Origin: Bosea sp. (in: a-proteobacteria)
GTDB taxonomy: Bacteria; Pseudomonadota; Alphaproteobacteria; Rhizobiales; Beijerinckiaceae
DNA length: 64,000 bases
NCBI GenBank assembly: GCA_033792295.1
Contig: JARYGW010000002.1
Location: forward strand, 3,146-67,145
Reading direction: 5' to 3'
The notes under the pieces are model-generated. The model saw only the letters and a list, made by a program, of their open reading frames with translations. It was not told the origin of the DNA and searched no databases. Positions 10,301-18,353 of the stretch are shown piece after piece (positions within the stretch are counted from its first letter, which is position 1; the number at the start of each line of letters is the position of its first letter). Made by a program: the position numbers and the translations under genes.

Positions 10301-12426
10301 GCCGGCTGTACGCCCTGCAGCGCCGTGATGTTTCGCGCATAGTCCGCGTCGAGCGCCGCCGCGGCCTCCGCAGTCTTGAGTTTTTCCCGGACAGGGCCGG
10401 ACAGGTAGGAATCGGCCGTCTGCCACGAGCCGTCTGCGGGGTCGCGGAAGATCGCGCTGCCGAGTTCCGCGACGACCTCCACCGCGTCTCGATGCAGCAG
10501 TTCGGCGATGTGGCCGACGTCGACGTGACCGCGCTCATTGAGGACGACGGCGAGCGCGTCGGCCGCGCTGGAGATCACCGGCGCAGCAGGCGGCGCGATA
10601 ACGCGCTCGGTGAAGAGCGGCCCGGGCTTCGCGGTGTTCGTCTCGAGGTCGTAGTCCTCGATCGAGGCGACCAGCCAGCAGTCGGGATCATCGACAAACG
10701 GCTGGATGTTCGGCCGGCGGTGCGTCTCGCGCACCTCGCCCGTTTCTTCGTCTTCCGCCAGCGAGACGGTCGTGAAGTTGATCGGACCGAAGTCGCGGAC
10801 GAAGCTCGACCAGGCGATGCGCAATCTGACCTGCGCGTCCTTCCACGGCCGGTCGAGCTCCTGGCATTTCAACACCTCGCGCACGGCATCGCGGATTGGA
10901 ATCAGCTTCCGAATGATGCGGACGTGCTTCTCCGGGATGCCGTCGGCGCTGCGGCCCTTGCGTGCTGTCACCGCGACAGCGCCACCATCGAGGACTTGCA
11001 TCAACCCCTGGGCCTTGTCGAAGAAGTAGCTGCCCTCACGGACGTGGCGGTCGGACGGCAGGTCGATCCCGGATACGCCGTCGGCGTCCTCGATATCGGA
11101 ATCGATCGCCTCGGGCTCGCCGTCATAGACCGCCTCCGGAAGGAGATTGACGGCGGCTGCCAGCGTCTCCGAAAGATCCTCGGCGTCGCGCGGCAGGCAG
11201 GTGTAGGTCTCACCGAAGGGACCCGAGGCGAGCGCGTGCGCGCCGAGAACGAAATTGGGGTGTCGCGCGAACCAGCGGTTCACGCGGATCGCGCTCTCGT
11301 CGGCCGTCGCCGGTCGGACCTCGTCGAGATCGAGCCACGATAGATCGCCTTCCGCATCGCCGATTTTGCGCTTGCGGAAGAACAGGATGTCGACGACCAC
11401 ATCGGTGCCGGCACTGGCGCGAAAGCTGCCTTCGGGCAACCGGATCGCGGCGACAAGGTCGGCCGACCTGGCGATATGCTCGCGTGCGGCGGTATCCGCC
11501 TTGTCCATCGTGCCCGAGCTCGTGACGAAGGCGGCCAGCGCCCCCGGCTTCAGCAGGTCGATCGCCCGCGCGATGAAGTAGTCATGGAGTCGCAGACCGA
11601 TGGATCGATACGCACGATCCGACCGCACGGTGCGGTCGGAGAACGGCGGATTGCCGATCGCGAGGTCGAAATTCGCTGGCAATTCAGTGCGCGCGAAATC
11701 GCCGACGATGATGCGCGCCTGCGGCTGCAGCAGCCGCACGATGCGCGCCGTCACGGGATCGAGCTCGATGCCGGTGACGTGGGACGCCTCGCGCAGCTTC
11801 TCCGGCATCAGCGCCGGGAACAAGCCCGTACCGATACCGGGCTCGAGCACGCGGCCACCGCGCCAGCCGAGCCGCTGCAAGCCGGCCCAGATCGCGCGAA
11901 CGATGAACTCCGGCGTGAAGTGCGCATACTGGGTGCAACGGGCGAGCGAAGCATGGTCGAGAGCCCCGACGGCGTCCTGCAGGTCCTCACCGATCGCTTC
12001 CCATCCATTCCGGAAATCCGTCTCGCCAGGGCGGCGGAAGACAAAGTTGGCGAGGTCGGAGGCACCGAACCCGGTGAAGCGTATGAGCTGCGCCTGCTCA
12101 TCGGCGGTCGCCGGACGCGCGGCGGCTTCGATGGCCGCGGCAAGCCGGATCGCCGCGATGTTGTCGCGCGCGCGATCCTTCCAGCCCTTCGCCAGGGCGC
12201 GGTCGCCGGCAAGATGAAAGTTCATTCCGCGTTCGCGGTGTGCGGATGACGTCGCGCGCGCGACCGCCGTGACAGGCCTCGCGGGCGTGATTGCCGACGG
12301 GGCGGGATCGTCCCCGTCTGGGCCCGCCGCTGTGCCATCGGCGAAGGCGGTTACGCCGAGGCCGAGACCGGATGACAGCGCGGTGCTGCCGAAGAGATCG
12401 AGGGTAAAGGGATCATCTTGCGCCAT
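7327..12426 (-). CDS. DarB-like fused N6-adenine DNA methyltransferase / SF2 helicase (~1700 aa)
   Basis: LEPGIGTG (SAM binding), GNPPF (amino-MTase), AHAVGAGKT (Walker A), DEAQ, SGTP, EQREGRIVRQGN; AAGGAG RBS. Confidence 0.9.
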   Translation of the reverse strand: MAQDDPFTLDLFGSTALSSGLGLGVTAFADGTAAGPDGDDPAPSAITPARPVTAVARATSSAHRERGMNFHLAGDRALAKGWKDRARDNIAAIRLAAAIEAAARPATADEQAQLIRFTGFGASDLANFVFRRPGETDFRNGWEAIGEDLQDAVGALDHASLARCTQYAHFTPEFIVRAIWAGLQRLGWRGGRVLEPGIGTGLFPALMPEKLREASHVTGIELDPVTARIVRLLQPQARIIVGDFARTELPANFDLAIGNPPFSDRTVRSDRAYRSIGLRLHDYFIARAIDLLKPGALAAFVTSSGTMDKADTAAREHIARSADLVAAIRLPEGSFRASAGTDVVVDILFFRKRKIGDAEGDLSWLDLDEVRPATADESAIRVNRWFARHPNFVLGAHALASGPFGETYTCLPRDAEDLSETLAAAVNLLPEAVYDGEPEAIDSDIEDADGVSGIDLPSDRHVREGSYFFDKAQGLMQVLDGGAVAVTARKGRSADGIPEKHVRIIRKLIPIRDAVREVLKCQELDRPWKDAQVRLRIAWSSFVRDFGPINFTTVSLAEDEETGEVRETHRRPNIQPFVDDPDCWLVASIEDYDLETNTAKPGPLFTERVIAPPAAPVISSAADALAVVLNERGHVDVGHIAELLHRDAVEVVAELGSAIFRDPADGSWQTADSYLSGPVREKLKTAEAAAALDADYARNITALQGVQPADLKPSDITARLSAPWIPAADVVAFVRETMDVEIKIHHMPELASWTVDARQLGWTATGTSEWGTDRRHAGELLADALNSRVPQIFDTIKDGNSERRVLNVVDTEAAKTKLQKIKDEFQRWIWSDPDRTDRLARVYNDRFNNIAPRAFDGSHLKLPGASGAVSLYGHQKRGIWRIISAGSTYLAHAVGAGKTMTMAAAVMEQRRLGLIAKAMLVVPGHCLAQAAREFLALYPNARILVADETNFSKDKRHRFLSRAATATWDAIIITHSAFRFISVPSAFEQQMIQDELELYETLLTKVENDDRVSRKRLERLKEGLKERLEALSTRKDDLLTISEIGVDQIIIDEAQEFRKLSFATNMSTLKGVDPNGSQRAWDLYVKSRYVDMKNPGRALVLASGTPITNTLGEMFSVQRYLGYAALLERGLHEFDAWASTFGDVTTELELQPSGKYKPVTRFATFVNVPELIAMFRSFADVVMPEDLRQYVKVPAISTGKRQILTAKPSAAFKRYQTLLGERIKAIEERDRAPEPGDDILLSVITDGRHAAIDLRLVDPDNDNEAENKLNQLVGNAFRIWSDTAERTYVRSDGKPFELPGAAQMIFSDLGTISVEKSRGFSAYRWIRDELVRMGVPASEIAFMQDFKKSEAKQRLFGDVRAGKVRFLIGSSDTMGTGVNAQLRLKALHHLDVPWLPSQIEQREGRIVRQGNQHDEVDIFAYATEGSLDAQMWQNNERKARFIAAALSGDTSIRRLEDMGESQANQFAMAKAIASGDPRLMQKAGLEADIARLERLRAAHIDDQHAVRRQTRDAERDIEYSTRRIGEIGQDIARRIPTSGDAFAMAVTGDRYGERKLAGRALLKEILTLVQLQQEGESVIASIGGFDLEYSGERFGRDGYRYTTMLQRTGADYEIELPVTVTPLGATARLEHAIDDFEGERERMSQRLGDARRRLASYASRDGGEFAFAGELADKRRQLAEVEKALAEDDGSGGEMAVAA

Positions 12427-12528
12427 TGGAAGTCTCCTTGAGATGAAGGCGCGCATCATCGTCCCGCCGCCTTGTGCGGCGGGATGCGAGACGTGCCGGG
12501 ATGGAAGGGGAGCGGCCCTGGTCGGGGT

Positions 12529-12723
12529 TCAGAGCCGGAAGGTGCGAACGAGCTCCTGATGCCTTTGGTGGCATTCGAGCATCTCGCGATAGAAGCGCTT
12601 GCGTGCTTCTCTCATCGTCAGGCCGCGGCGATGCTTCTTGGCGATGCGGGTGTTCGCGGCCCGCACAACGTCGCGCCATGATGCGAAGACATGGACGCGA
12701 AGCCGGTCGTAGCTGCCTTGCAT
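12529..12723 (-). CDS. Small basic hypothetical protein (64 aa)
   Basis: Co-oriented with neighbours; GGGAG RBS. Confidence 0.65.
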   Translation of the reverse strand: MQGSYDRLRVHVFASWRDVVRAANTRIAKKHRRGLTMREARKRFYREMLECHQRHQELVRTFRL

Positions 12724-12739
12724 GGGAGCGCTCCCGTGG

Positions 12740-13342
12740 TTACGCCGCGAGCGCCGGGAGATGGCGCAATTGTACGGGCAGTTTGGCCGCGATCTCGTCG
12801 TCTGTCAGATCGCAAAGCGGCTTGAGAACGGTGCCAAGGCCGCCGCAATAGACGAGAACCGTACGCCGGCCCTGCAGAGGCGCCGGCCAGCCTTTGCCGG
12901 CATAGCCGCGATAGTCGTCATGGGTGCTCGACCAGATGTGTTCGAGGCGCTCATCCCGCGTCATCGCCTTCGCCGGCCGCGATTCACGCGCGATGATCGC
13001 AGCGCGCATGCGCTCGACCGAGCCCTTATCGAATAGATTGCAATAGGCGTGGAAGAAGCGCTTGCGGCCGTCGACCAGCAACGCGAAGAAGATACTGGTA
13101 ACGTTGTCCGTCATGAACTCCCGCATCGCGAACATGTCGGCGCGCATCCACAGCGGCGGCAGGATCTCGAGCATGTAGTCATGCTCGCGCTCGGCGATCT
13201 CGAACCACTCGCCGGCGAAAAGGTGCTCGGCATCGCTCTCGACCACGGCCGGATCGCCGCGATGGCGGTTGAACATGCGAAACATCTCGGCGCGCGTGGC
13301 GACGCCTTCGAAGATCTTGCGGATTGAGGGTAAGGTGTGCAT
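12740..13342 (-). CDS. DUF1419-family protein
   Basis: IRKIFEGVATR, GEWFEI, YMLEILPPLWMR, HIWSSTHDDYRGY motifs; AGAGGAG RBS. Confidence 0.75.
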   Translation of the reverse strand: MHTLPSIRKIFEGVATRAEMFRMFNRHRGDPAVVESDAEHLFAGEWFEIAEREHDYMLEILPPLWMRADMFAMREFMTDNVTSIFFALLVDGRKRFFHAYCNLFDKGSVERMRAAIIARESRPAKAMTRDERLEHIWSSTHDDYRGYAGKGWPAPLQGRRTVLVYCGGLGTVLKPLCDLTDDEIAAKLPVQLRHLPALAA

Positions 13343-13427
13343 CGGCGGCTCCTCTTGGCCTGGCCGGACTGATGCGCGAGCAATTCGTCTGATCCCTCAT
13401 CACTTCAGTCCTTCTTGACACCTTCCC

Positions 13428-13503
13428 GGCGGCCGCCTCTCCGGTCCGGCGGGTCAAGGGCCGCGGCACGCGGGCGAAGCTTTACCCTTGACGCGCCGGC
13501 CGG
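13428..13503 (+). repeat. Copy 1 of a ~75-bp hairpin repeat (copy 2 at 14808-14881)
   Basis: GGCGGCCGCCTCT..CGGCGGGTCAAGGG.CGCGGCACGCGGGCGAAGCTT..CCCTTGACGCGCCG shared; GTCAAGGG/CCCTTGAC inverted pair. Confidence 0.9.
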
Positions 13504-13564
13504 GCATGCGGCAGCGGTTCATCTCCCTTTTCCCATTCCTGTTTCTCGGCTGGCCGCGCGAGCA

Positions 13565-13873
13565 TCACGCGGCCGCCTTGAGCGCTCGCCACCAGGCGAT
13601 GCGCTCTTCGCGCGTCGCATTGGCAAGCCGAAGGAGAAGATCGCCATGGCATGGCCGTGGCGCGCAGAAGCAGACGAGGTTGCGGCCGCGCAGTTCGTCG
13701 AGAGCGCGCAACAGATCGTGCTGGTCGGCGAGCCAGCGCTCGTATTTCGCGATGACGGCCGCGCGATCGCCATCCGGGCTGATCCGGAATGGATTGCCCC
13801 ATCGCGAGCCTCGACCGATATAAACGGCGCCCGCCGGCACACCCGAATGATGCTTGTTGAGAACCTTGCACAT
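13565..13873 (-). CDS. DUF4326-domain protein
   Basis: VYIGRGSRWGNPF, LRGRNLVCFCAP and CHGDLL motifs. Confidence 0.88.
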   Translation of the reverse strand: MCKVLNKHHSGVPAGAVYIGRGSRWGNPFRISPDGDRAAVIAKYERWLADQHDLLRALDELRGRNLVCFCAPRPCHGDLLLRLANATREERIAWWRALKAAA

Positions 13874-13914
13874 CGTCTTCGCTCCTGATCCCGTTGCGAT
13901 GGATCAGCGGCCAG

Positions 13915-13991
13915 GCGCAGACAGGCTTCGCCTGTCACGCATCGCCTGCGATGCGGGAACGGCTTGCCCGTTGACAGGCGAGAGGCTGCGC
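13915..13991 (+). promoter_or_regulatory. Stem-loop with a perfect -35 (TTGACA) on the 3' arm; candidate ssDNA promoter
   Basis: TCGCCTGTCA(13928)/TGACAGGCGA(13972) perfect pair; GCGCAG/CTGCGC outer pair. Confidence 0.55.
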
Positions 13992-14068
13992 CCGGCGCTT
14001 TCCGAAGCTATGGGTCAGGTTACGATGGCCAGCAGGGTTACGAGCGGGCGAGCGCGGTTTCGCTGAAA

Positions 14069-14359
14069 CTATCGCTGGCCGCCGTGGGCATCGTCCGCAA
14101 CCGGATGGATGCGATCGTCGTCGAATGCGACGTCCTCGATCACGGTTTGCCTACCGTCCTGGGTAACGCGGTCGATAAAGGCGATGACGCCTTCCCTCCG
14201 CTCGTCGAGGTCGATGTGTTCAGGATGCGCCACGAACGTCATGGCCGTCTTCGCGGCGGTCTTCGCTTTCTCGATCGCCTCGGCGTCCGTGGCCGCTTCA
14301 ACGGTGAAACCGTCATAGGCGCGCAGCCAGAATCCGATCTTCACATTGTACTCCGTCAC
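14069..14359 (-). CDS. Hypothetical acidic protein (96 aa)
   Basis: GTGA overlap with the upstream gene; GGGAGG RBS. Confidence 0.7.
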   Translation of the reverse strand: MTEYNVKIGFWLRAYDGFTVEAATDAEAIEKAKTAAKTAMTFVAHPEHIDLDERREGVIAFIDRVTQDGRQTVIEDVAFDDDRIHPVADDAHGGQR

Positions 14360-14769
14360 GATGCGCCTCCCTCGCTATCGGGATCGCGCGCTCCAGCGAG
14401 AATGGCTTCCGCCTTGACGATCGCCGGTTGGGCGCGTTCGCGCCAGAACGTCGGATCAGGCGGCGTCCCACCCGGACTTGCCAATACCTTGACGAGACCG
14501 AGCAACACCTCGAACTGCTTCGCGATCTGCTCCGCTGTTTCGATGTAGTGCGAGGGGATCTGCTGCGCTGCGCCGGAATAGGCCGCGTCTGCGCCGGACC
14601 AGATTCCCGTCACATAGGTTTCGCCGGCCGACTCGTAGTCGCGCTTTTCGTGATCCCAATCATCGTCGTTGATGGCGAGCCGACAGGCTTGCGCCAGTGT
14701 CTCCGCTTCGTAGGTCTTGTGCCGATAGACCGGCAGGCGATAGGTGGTTTCGATGGTCCACAGAGGCAT
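14356..14769 (-). CDS. Hypothetical protein (137 aa)
   Basis: GGAAGGA RBS before MPLWTIETTYRLPVYRH. Confidence 0.7.
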   Translation of the reverse strand: MPLWTIETTYRLPVYRHKTYEAETLAQACRLAINDDDWDHEKRDYESAGETYVTGIWSGADAAYSGAAQQIPSHYIETAEQIAKQFEVLLGLVKVLASPGGTPPDPTFWRERAQPAIVKAEAILAGARDPDSEGGAS

Positions 14770-14807
14770 CGGTCGATCCTTCCCTTTGGGTGTTGCAAAC
14801 ACCTCAG

Positions 14808-14881
14808 GGCGGCCGCCTCTGCGGTTCGGCGGGTCAAGGGTCGCGGCACGCGGGCGAAGCTTCCCTTGACGCGCCGACCGG
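14808..14881 (+). repeat. Copy 2 of the ~75-bp hairpin repeat
   Basis: Near-identical to 13428-13503; GTCAAGGG(14833)/CCCTTGAC(14863). Confidence 0.9.
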
Positions 14882-14895
14882 CAGGCGGCATCGAC

Positions 14896-15822
14896 CTATG
14901 CGCTGACCTGGGCCAGTTCGTTCTCCAGTCGTGCAACCAGATTCTTCAGGTCTTCATTCCAGTCGCCTGCACGCGGCTGCGATCGCGCGTAGAGAGCTGA
15001 CGCCTCCGCCGCAATGGCGCGAATGCGATCGGCATAGACGTCGCCTTGCCGGTTATTGTCGGTCGCGGCGACAAGCCGGGCGTCAGCGCGCCTCGCTAAA
15101 CTGCGGATTGCCTGGTCCGTTGCCGGCGACCAGCCGCCGCCCGTGCTCACGTACAGCGTATCGGATCGCAGAACCTCGATCGCAGCGAGGCTCAAGGCGT
15201 CGATCGCGGCCTCGGTGACGCAGATCCGCAGGGCGCCGATCGGGCCGAGGCGGAAGAGCTGCTTGCTCCCATTGGTGGCGAAGCCGCGCCAATGCGGACC
15301 ACGCTCTTCCCAGCCGATGACATGGCCGGCGAGGTCGTCGTGCGCAGCCCACATGCTGCCCTGCGGTCCCTCCCGCAGGCAGCCTTGAGCAACGGCTGCG
15401 GCGATCACGCTATCGGGAATACAGCGCTCGCCGGCGAGATACCGCCAGGTGGCGGAGCCCGGTCTGGGCAATGAGCGGCGGGACCAACGGCTGGCAATGG
15501 AGGCCACGGACGTCGGCTTCGGAGCTTGCGTCCAGACCGGCGCTGTCGGGACGAACCCGACCAGGCCCGCGATACGATCGCAGGCCTCGGGGAAACCCTT
15601 GGCACCGAGATGCTCAGCCAGATCGAAGACATCGCCTTTGGCCGACGACAATGGATCAAACCAGCCGCGACCTTCGTGAATCACGATGACGATGTCGGCC
15701 CCACGCCGATATTTGAGCGCGCGCCGCGTGCTTTCCTTGAGGTCGATCTTCCAACCATCTTTCTCAAGCACGGCTGCGCACGCCACTTTGGTGCGCAGCT
15801 CTTCAATATCTTTCTTCTCCAT
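14896..15822 (-). CDS. DUF3991/TOPRIM primase-like protein
   Basis: KGDVFDL, YLAGERCI, VTEAAIDALS, STGGG and ATDNNRQG toprim motifs. Confidence 0.85.
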   Translation of the reverse strand: MEKKDIEELRTKVACAAVLEKDGWKIDLKESTRRALKYRRGADIVIVIHEGRGWFDPLSSAKGDVFDLAEHLGAKGFPEACDRIAGLVGFVPTAPVWTQAPKPTSVASIASRWSRRSLPRPGSATWRYLAGERCIPDSVIAAAVAQGCLREGPQGSMWAAHDDLAGHVIGWEERGPHWRGFATNGSKQLFRLGPIGALRICVTEAAIDALSLAAIEVLRSDTLYVSTGGGWSPATDQAIRSLARRADARLVAATDNNRQGDVYADRIRAIAAEASALYARSQPRAGDWNEDLKNLVARLENELAQVSA

Positions 15823-15904
15823 ATTTCCGCACCGGGCGCGCTTGCCGCCACCCGGCCCTTTCTTCGGTTGGTTCTTCTGGTTCCACAGGCTCGGAACGGG
15901 ACCG

Positions 15905-16016
15905 ACCGGCCGCGAAGCCTGCCGGAGGCAAGGGCGCGATGACAAGCGGTCCAACACGTTGGATTCCAGCCGCGGCGCAGCTTCCCTTGCCTGCGGCAAG
16001 GCGCCAGCGGCACCGG
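15905..16016 (+). promoter_or_regulatory. Stem-loop upstream of the toprim gene; candidate ssDNA promoter
   Basis: AGGCAAGGG(15926)/CCCTTGCCT(15984) pair; inner TCCAAC-AC-GTTGGA. Confidence 0.45.
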
Positions 16017-16025
16017 TCTCCCGGC

Positions 16026-16202
16026 TCAATGAGCCGGGGTCCATGGGTCGTATTCGTGGATGACAGTCACTTCATCCTGCTCGAGCTCCGCCGTCGGCAT
16101 CACGCCGAACGCGCCGTCAACCTCGAATAGCGTCACCGGCACCATGAGCGTGCGGGCGAGATCGAGGGCGTGATCCTGAGCGAGGGTGAGATTCTGAGAC
16201 AT
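16026..16202 (-). CDS. Small acidic hypothetical protein (58 aa), below the ORF-track cutoff
   Basis: Hand translation MSQNLTLAQDHALDLARTLMVPVTLFEVDGAFGVMPTAELEQDEVTVIHEYDPWTPAH*; GGGAG RBS. Confidence 0.7.
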   Translation of the reverse strand: MSQNLTLAQDHALDLARTLMVPVTLFEVDGAFGVMPTAELEQDEVTVIHEYDPWTPAH

Positions 16203-16259
16203 CGTGAAGCTCCCGTCTTGGGGCGGGGACCATCCCCGCTCGACAGGCGCCGATGTGTT

Positions 16260-16354
16260 CGGGCACGGCCGCGGTCACCTCGCAGGCGCAGCCGAAGAGG
16301 TCGCACGCTTGCGTAGCGAACCCCTCGCGGGTTGATCGTGGAAGGCCGCGCCCG
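16260..16354 (+). promoter_or_regulatory. Stem-loop upstream of the 58-aa gene; candidate ssDNA promoter
   Basis: CGGGCACGGCC/GGCCGCGCCCG pair (1 mismatch); TTGATC at 16332 on the 3' arm. Confidence 0.45.
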
Positions 16355-16558
16355 GACCAAGGAAAGCCCATTCGAGAGCGGGGTGGTCCTTCCCCGGAAG
16401 CAGGGCCCCGAATGTCACGGTCTCAACGAACGATGCTTCGCCCGCGCAACGTCATGCGACATCCGCGCCGTCCTTTTGAGACGACGACGGCTCCTGCTGA
16501 TTGATCGCTGCGAATGAAAGAGATCCGTATCTCGCGAAGCGCGGTTCAAGCCGCCCGG

Positions 16559-18052
16559 CTAGTCAGATCGCTGCGGCAACTGGTTCTGGTTCGCCAGATC
16601 GAAAAACCGAGTGAACTCTCCTTGAAACGTCATCGCCACCGTCCCTGTCGGGCCGTGCCGCTGTTTGGCGATGATCACCTCCGCTTTGCCGCGCGCCTCT
16701 CGCATTTCGGCTTCCCAGGTGAAATGCTCGTCGGTGCCGGGCCTCGGTTCTTTGTTCTTGAGATAGTACTCTTCGCGATAGACAAACATCACGACGTCGG
16801 CGTCTTGCTCAATTGAGCCGGACTCCCGAAGATCGGAGAGTTGCGGGCGTTTCTCATCGCGGTTTTCGACACCGCGTGAGAGCTGCGATAGCGCGATGAC
16901 CGGGACGTTGAGCTCCTTGGCCAGCGCTTTCAGCCCCGTCGTAATCTCGGTGATCTCCTGCACACGGTTCTGCGCCGCGCGCGCGGATTTGCCCTGCATG
17001 AGCTGAATGTAGTCGACGACGATGAGGTGGAGACCTCGCTGTCGCTTCAGGCGGCGGGCTCGCGCCGCGAGCTGGGCGATCGAGATAGCGCCGGTCTGAT
17101 CGATGAAGAGGGGCAGCCGACGCATTTTCTGGCGGCGGTCGAGGAGCCGGTTAAATTCGGTCTCGCCGATTTCGCCACGCCTGATGCTGGAGGAGGAAAT
17201 CTCGGCCTGCTCGGCGAGCACCCGCGTCGCAAGCTGCTCCGACGACATCTCCAGGGAGAAGAAAGCGACGATGCCGCCGCCGGCAGGGGGCTGCAGCGCG
17301 CCGTCGACCTGCCGTGTCGAATCATAGGCGCTTGCGACATTGAACGCGATATTGGTGGCGAGGGCGGTCTTTCCCATGCCGGGCCGCCCTGCGACGACAA
17401 TGAGATCGGTCGGTTGAAGACCACCGAGCCTGGCGTCCAGATCCTTCAGCCCGGTCGCCAGCCCCGAGAGCTTGCCATCGGATTCATAGGCCTGCGCCGC
17501 TCGATCGATAGCGCTGTCGAGCGCGGTTTCGAACGTCTCAAAGCCTCCGCCATAGCGGCCGGTTTCCGCGATCTCATAGAGGAGTTGCTCGGCATGCTGA
17601 ATCTGCTCCTGCGGCGCGCTATCGACCGCCGCTTCGAATGCGCTGCTGAGCATGTCTTCGGCGACCTTGATCAATTCACGTCGCGCCGCGAGATCGTAGA
17701 TGGTTCGGCCGTAGTCGGGGGCATTGATGACCGTCGTCGCTTCTGCGGCCAGGCGCGCGAGATACTGAGCGACGGAGAAGCCCACAATCTCAATCGTCGT
17801 CGGAAGGAAGGCCTTCAGCGTAATCGGATTGGCGACCCGGCTGGAGCGGATCAATTCGCCCATGACTTCGAAGATGTGGCCGTGCAGGGGCTCGAAGAAG
17901 TGGTTCGCTTTCAGAAAGTCGACTACCCGGTAATAGGCGTCATTGTTGATGAGGATGGCGCCAAGCAACGCCTGCTCAGCCTCAATGTTTTGCGGCAGCT
18001 CGCGGTATGTCGAGCCGGCCGGTGCTGCGAGTTTGAATGCGGCTTCCGCCAT
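16559..18052 (-). CDS. dnaB: Replicative DNA helicase DnaB (element-borne copy)
   Basis: PQNIEAEQALLGAIL, AGRPGMGKT, FFSLEMS, IVVDYIQLM, LSQLSRGVE, DLRESGSIEQDAD, KQRHGPTG. Confidence 0.95.
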   Translation of the reverse strand: MAEAAFKLAAPAGSTYRELPQNIEAEQALLGAILINNDAYYRVVDFLKANHFFEPLHGHIFEVMGELIRSSRVANPITLKAFLPTTIEIVGFSVAQYLARLAAEATTVINAPDYGRTIYDLAARRELIKVAEDMLSSAFEAAVDSAPQEQIQHAEQLLYEIAETGRYGGGFETFETALDSAIDRAAQAYESDGKLSGLATGLKDLDARLGGLQPTDLIVVAGRPGMGKTALATNIAFNVASAYDSTRQVDGALQPPAGGGIVAFFSLEMSSEQLATRVLAEQAEISSSSIRRGEIGETEFNRLLDRRQKMRRLPLFIDQTGAISIAQLAARARRLKRQRGLHLIVVDYIQLMQGKSARAAQNRVQEITEITTGLKALAKELNVPVIALSQLSRGVENRDEKRPQLSDLRESGSIEQDADVVMFVYREEYYLKNKEPRPGTDEHFTWEAEMREARGKAEVIIAKQRHGPTGTVAMTFQGEFTRFFDLANQNQLPQRSD

Positions 18053-18226
18053 GTTTGTCTGTGACCCGAGACCAATTGACGTGCAGGACCTACGCGGCAC
18101 AGATGATCATGCGGGAGAAGCACCGACAGAATCGGATTTGTCGGGCGAAGTTTAGCGGTTGGGACAGCAAATCCAATCGTTAAGCTGGGGCTGGTCTGGA
18201 ATTGGCGACATTGTGCTCTTTCGCGT

Positions 18227-18308
18227 CAGGGATGGCCGCCCGCAAGGGGGAAGACCCGCTTCGGGGCTTCCGCGCAGCCGCCAGCCCGACCCCGAAGGGG
18301 TGACGCCC
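18227..18308. other. Three-hairpin element between divergent dnaB and SRAP genes (candidate single-strand initiation signal)
   Basis: CCC-GCAA-GGG, GAAGACCCGCTTCGGGGCTTC and CCCC-GAA-GGGG compact hairpins. Confidence 0.4.
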
Positions 18309-18353
18309 AACTGCATGCTTCAAGAATGCTCAAACGCATATGTATGTGGAACC

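Noticed and set aside
3-12249. Long plus-strand ORFs (3-686, 797-1798, 1907-3406, 5267-7459, 9850-11343, 11476-12249)
   Set aside because: Antisense shadows of motif-bearing minus-strand genes in high-GC DNA; no recognisable motifs
13428-14881. Repeats considered as CRISPR or IS ends
   Set aside because: Only two copies 1.4 kb apart; no spacers, cas genes or transposase anywhere in the window
18310-18353. LexA box upstream of SRAP
   Set aside because: No GTTC-N7-GTTC or GAAC-N7-GAAC match found
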